A stretch of 64,000 bases of DNA. Source: a virus. Positions within the stretch are counted from its first letter, which is position 1, and the number at the start of each line of letters is the position of its first letter. Below the pieces are notes generated by a model. That model was not told the DNA's origin, ran no database searches, and saw only the letters and a program-made list of their open reading frames with translations. Shown one piece after another: positions 63,580-64,000 of the stretch. The position numbers and the translations under genes are program-made. Location of the stretch: IMG/VR virus record IMGVR_UViG_3300037424_002358, positions 47,963-111,962 of that record, one strand, 5' to 3'.

Positions 63580-63819
63580 TTAGGGGAAGTCGCAATCGAG
63601 CGCGACCGCAACGCTCCACGCCTGGATGTTGCCGCTGCTGGCCTCTCTGAGGAGTGTCACACAACGGGTCCCATCGGGAAACGTCGTCTCGCACACGCTG
63701 TTCCCCGTCTGTCCAACAAAATGGCAGTCCGGCGACGACGCCGATGGAATCGCCTCGGGTAGCGGCGCACAGCCGCTCATCAGCATCAGGATGACCAGGA
63801 CAATGAAAATGCGATTCAC
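63580..63819 (-). CDS. Small lipoprotein
   Basis: Hydrophobic signal plus MSGC lipobox; GAGG upstream. Confidence 0.6.
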   Translation of the reverse strand: MNRIFIVLVILMLMSGCAPLPEAIPSASSPDCHFVGQTGNSVCETTFPDGTRCVTLLREASSGNIQAWSVAVALDCDFP

Positions 63820-64000
63820 TTGTGCATCCTCCTCTGCGCCTCGGCGTCGGCCTTTATCTGGCTCAACGTCGCTCGCAAGCCGTCGACGGATTGGCGGAGC
63901 CGAGCAATCTCAAATGCCACCGCCATCGTCGCGATGACCTGCGCGTCATTCTCTCGCTCATCTGTCTGCCAGGGGTTGCCCTCCAGCGGTTCGAGGTCGG

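Overview
A 64-kb stretch of a GC-rich tailed dsDNA phage or prophage. No integrase, major capsid or tail genes fall inside the window, and the host may be Chloroflexota-like (weak inference). The left ~44 kb is transcribed on the - strand: gmd, a C5 DNA methyltransferase with a nested alternative-frame subunit, a HerA-like ATPase, RtcB, a GT2, an N6/N4 methyltransferase, MazG-like, TerS, a BCS1-like AAA, TerL, a portal-MuF fusion, a ~2600-aa polyprotein, an 11-kb accessory block, a ChaB fusion and a prohead protease that runs off the left edge. The right ~19 kb is a + strand array of small early-type genes. The standout is a candidate 'tagged-cargo' system. An almost invariant 23-aa peptide (R|GGPGSGHFGH[E/A]GR[P/L]G[E/Q][V/I]GGS[A/Q/V]P) occurs 12 times in three head-module genes, 10 of them inside the polyprotein. 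Each copy follows a putative prohead-protease site (usually hydrophobic-x-x-R) and precedes a cargo domain: ADP-ribosyltransferase, HExxH zincin, JAB/MPN, SAM-lyase-like, six paralogs of an unknown PDG...H...GFxR domain, and two unknowns. A 2H phosphoesterase leads the polyprotein. The inferred model is a protease-processed, capsid-packaged anti-defence arsenal. Other points: a 7-copy TACCG-N4-CGGTA operator regulon over sigma70-like promoters, apparent avoidance of AGCT, and a mosaic family of small genes sharing an 'ASEAKVEA' segment. All family calls come from motifs recognised by eye; no searches were run.
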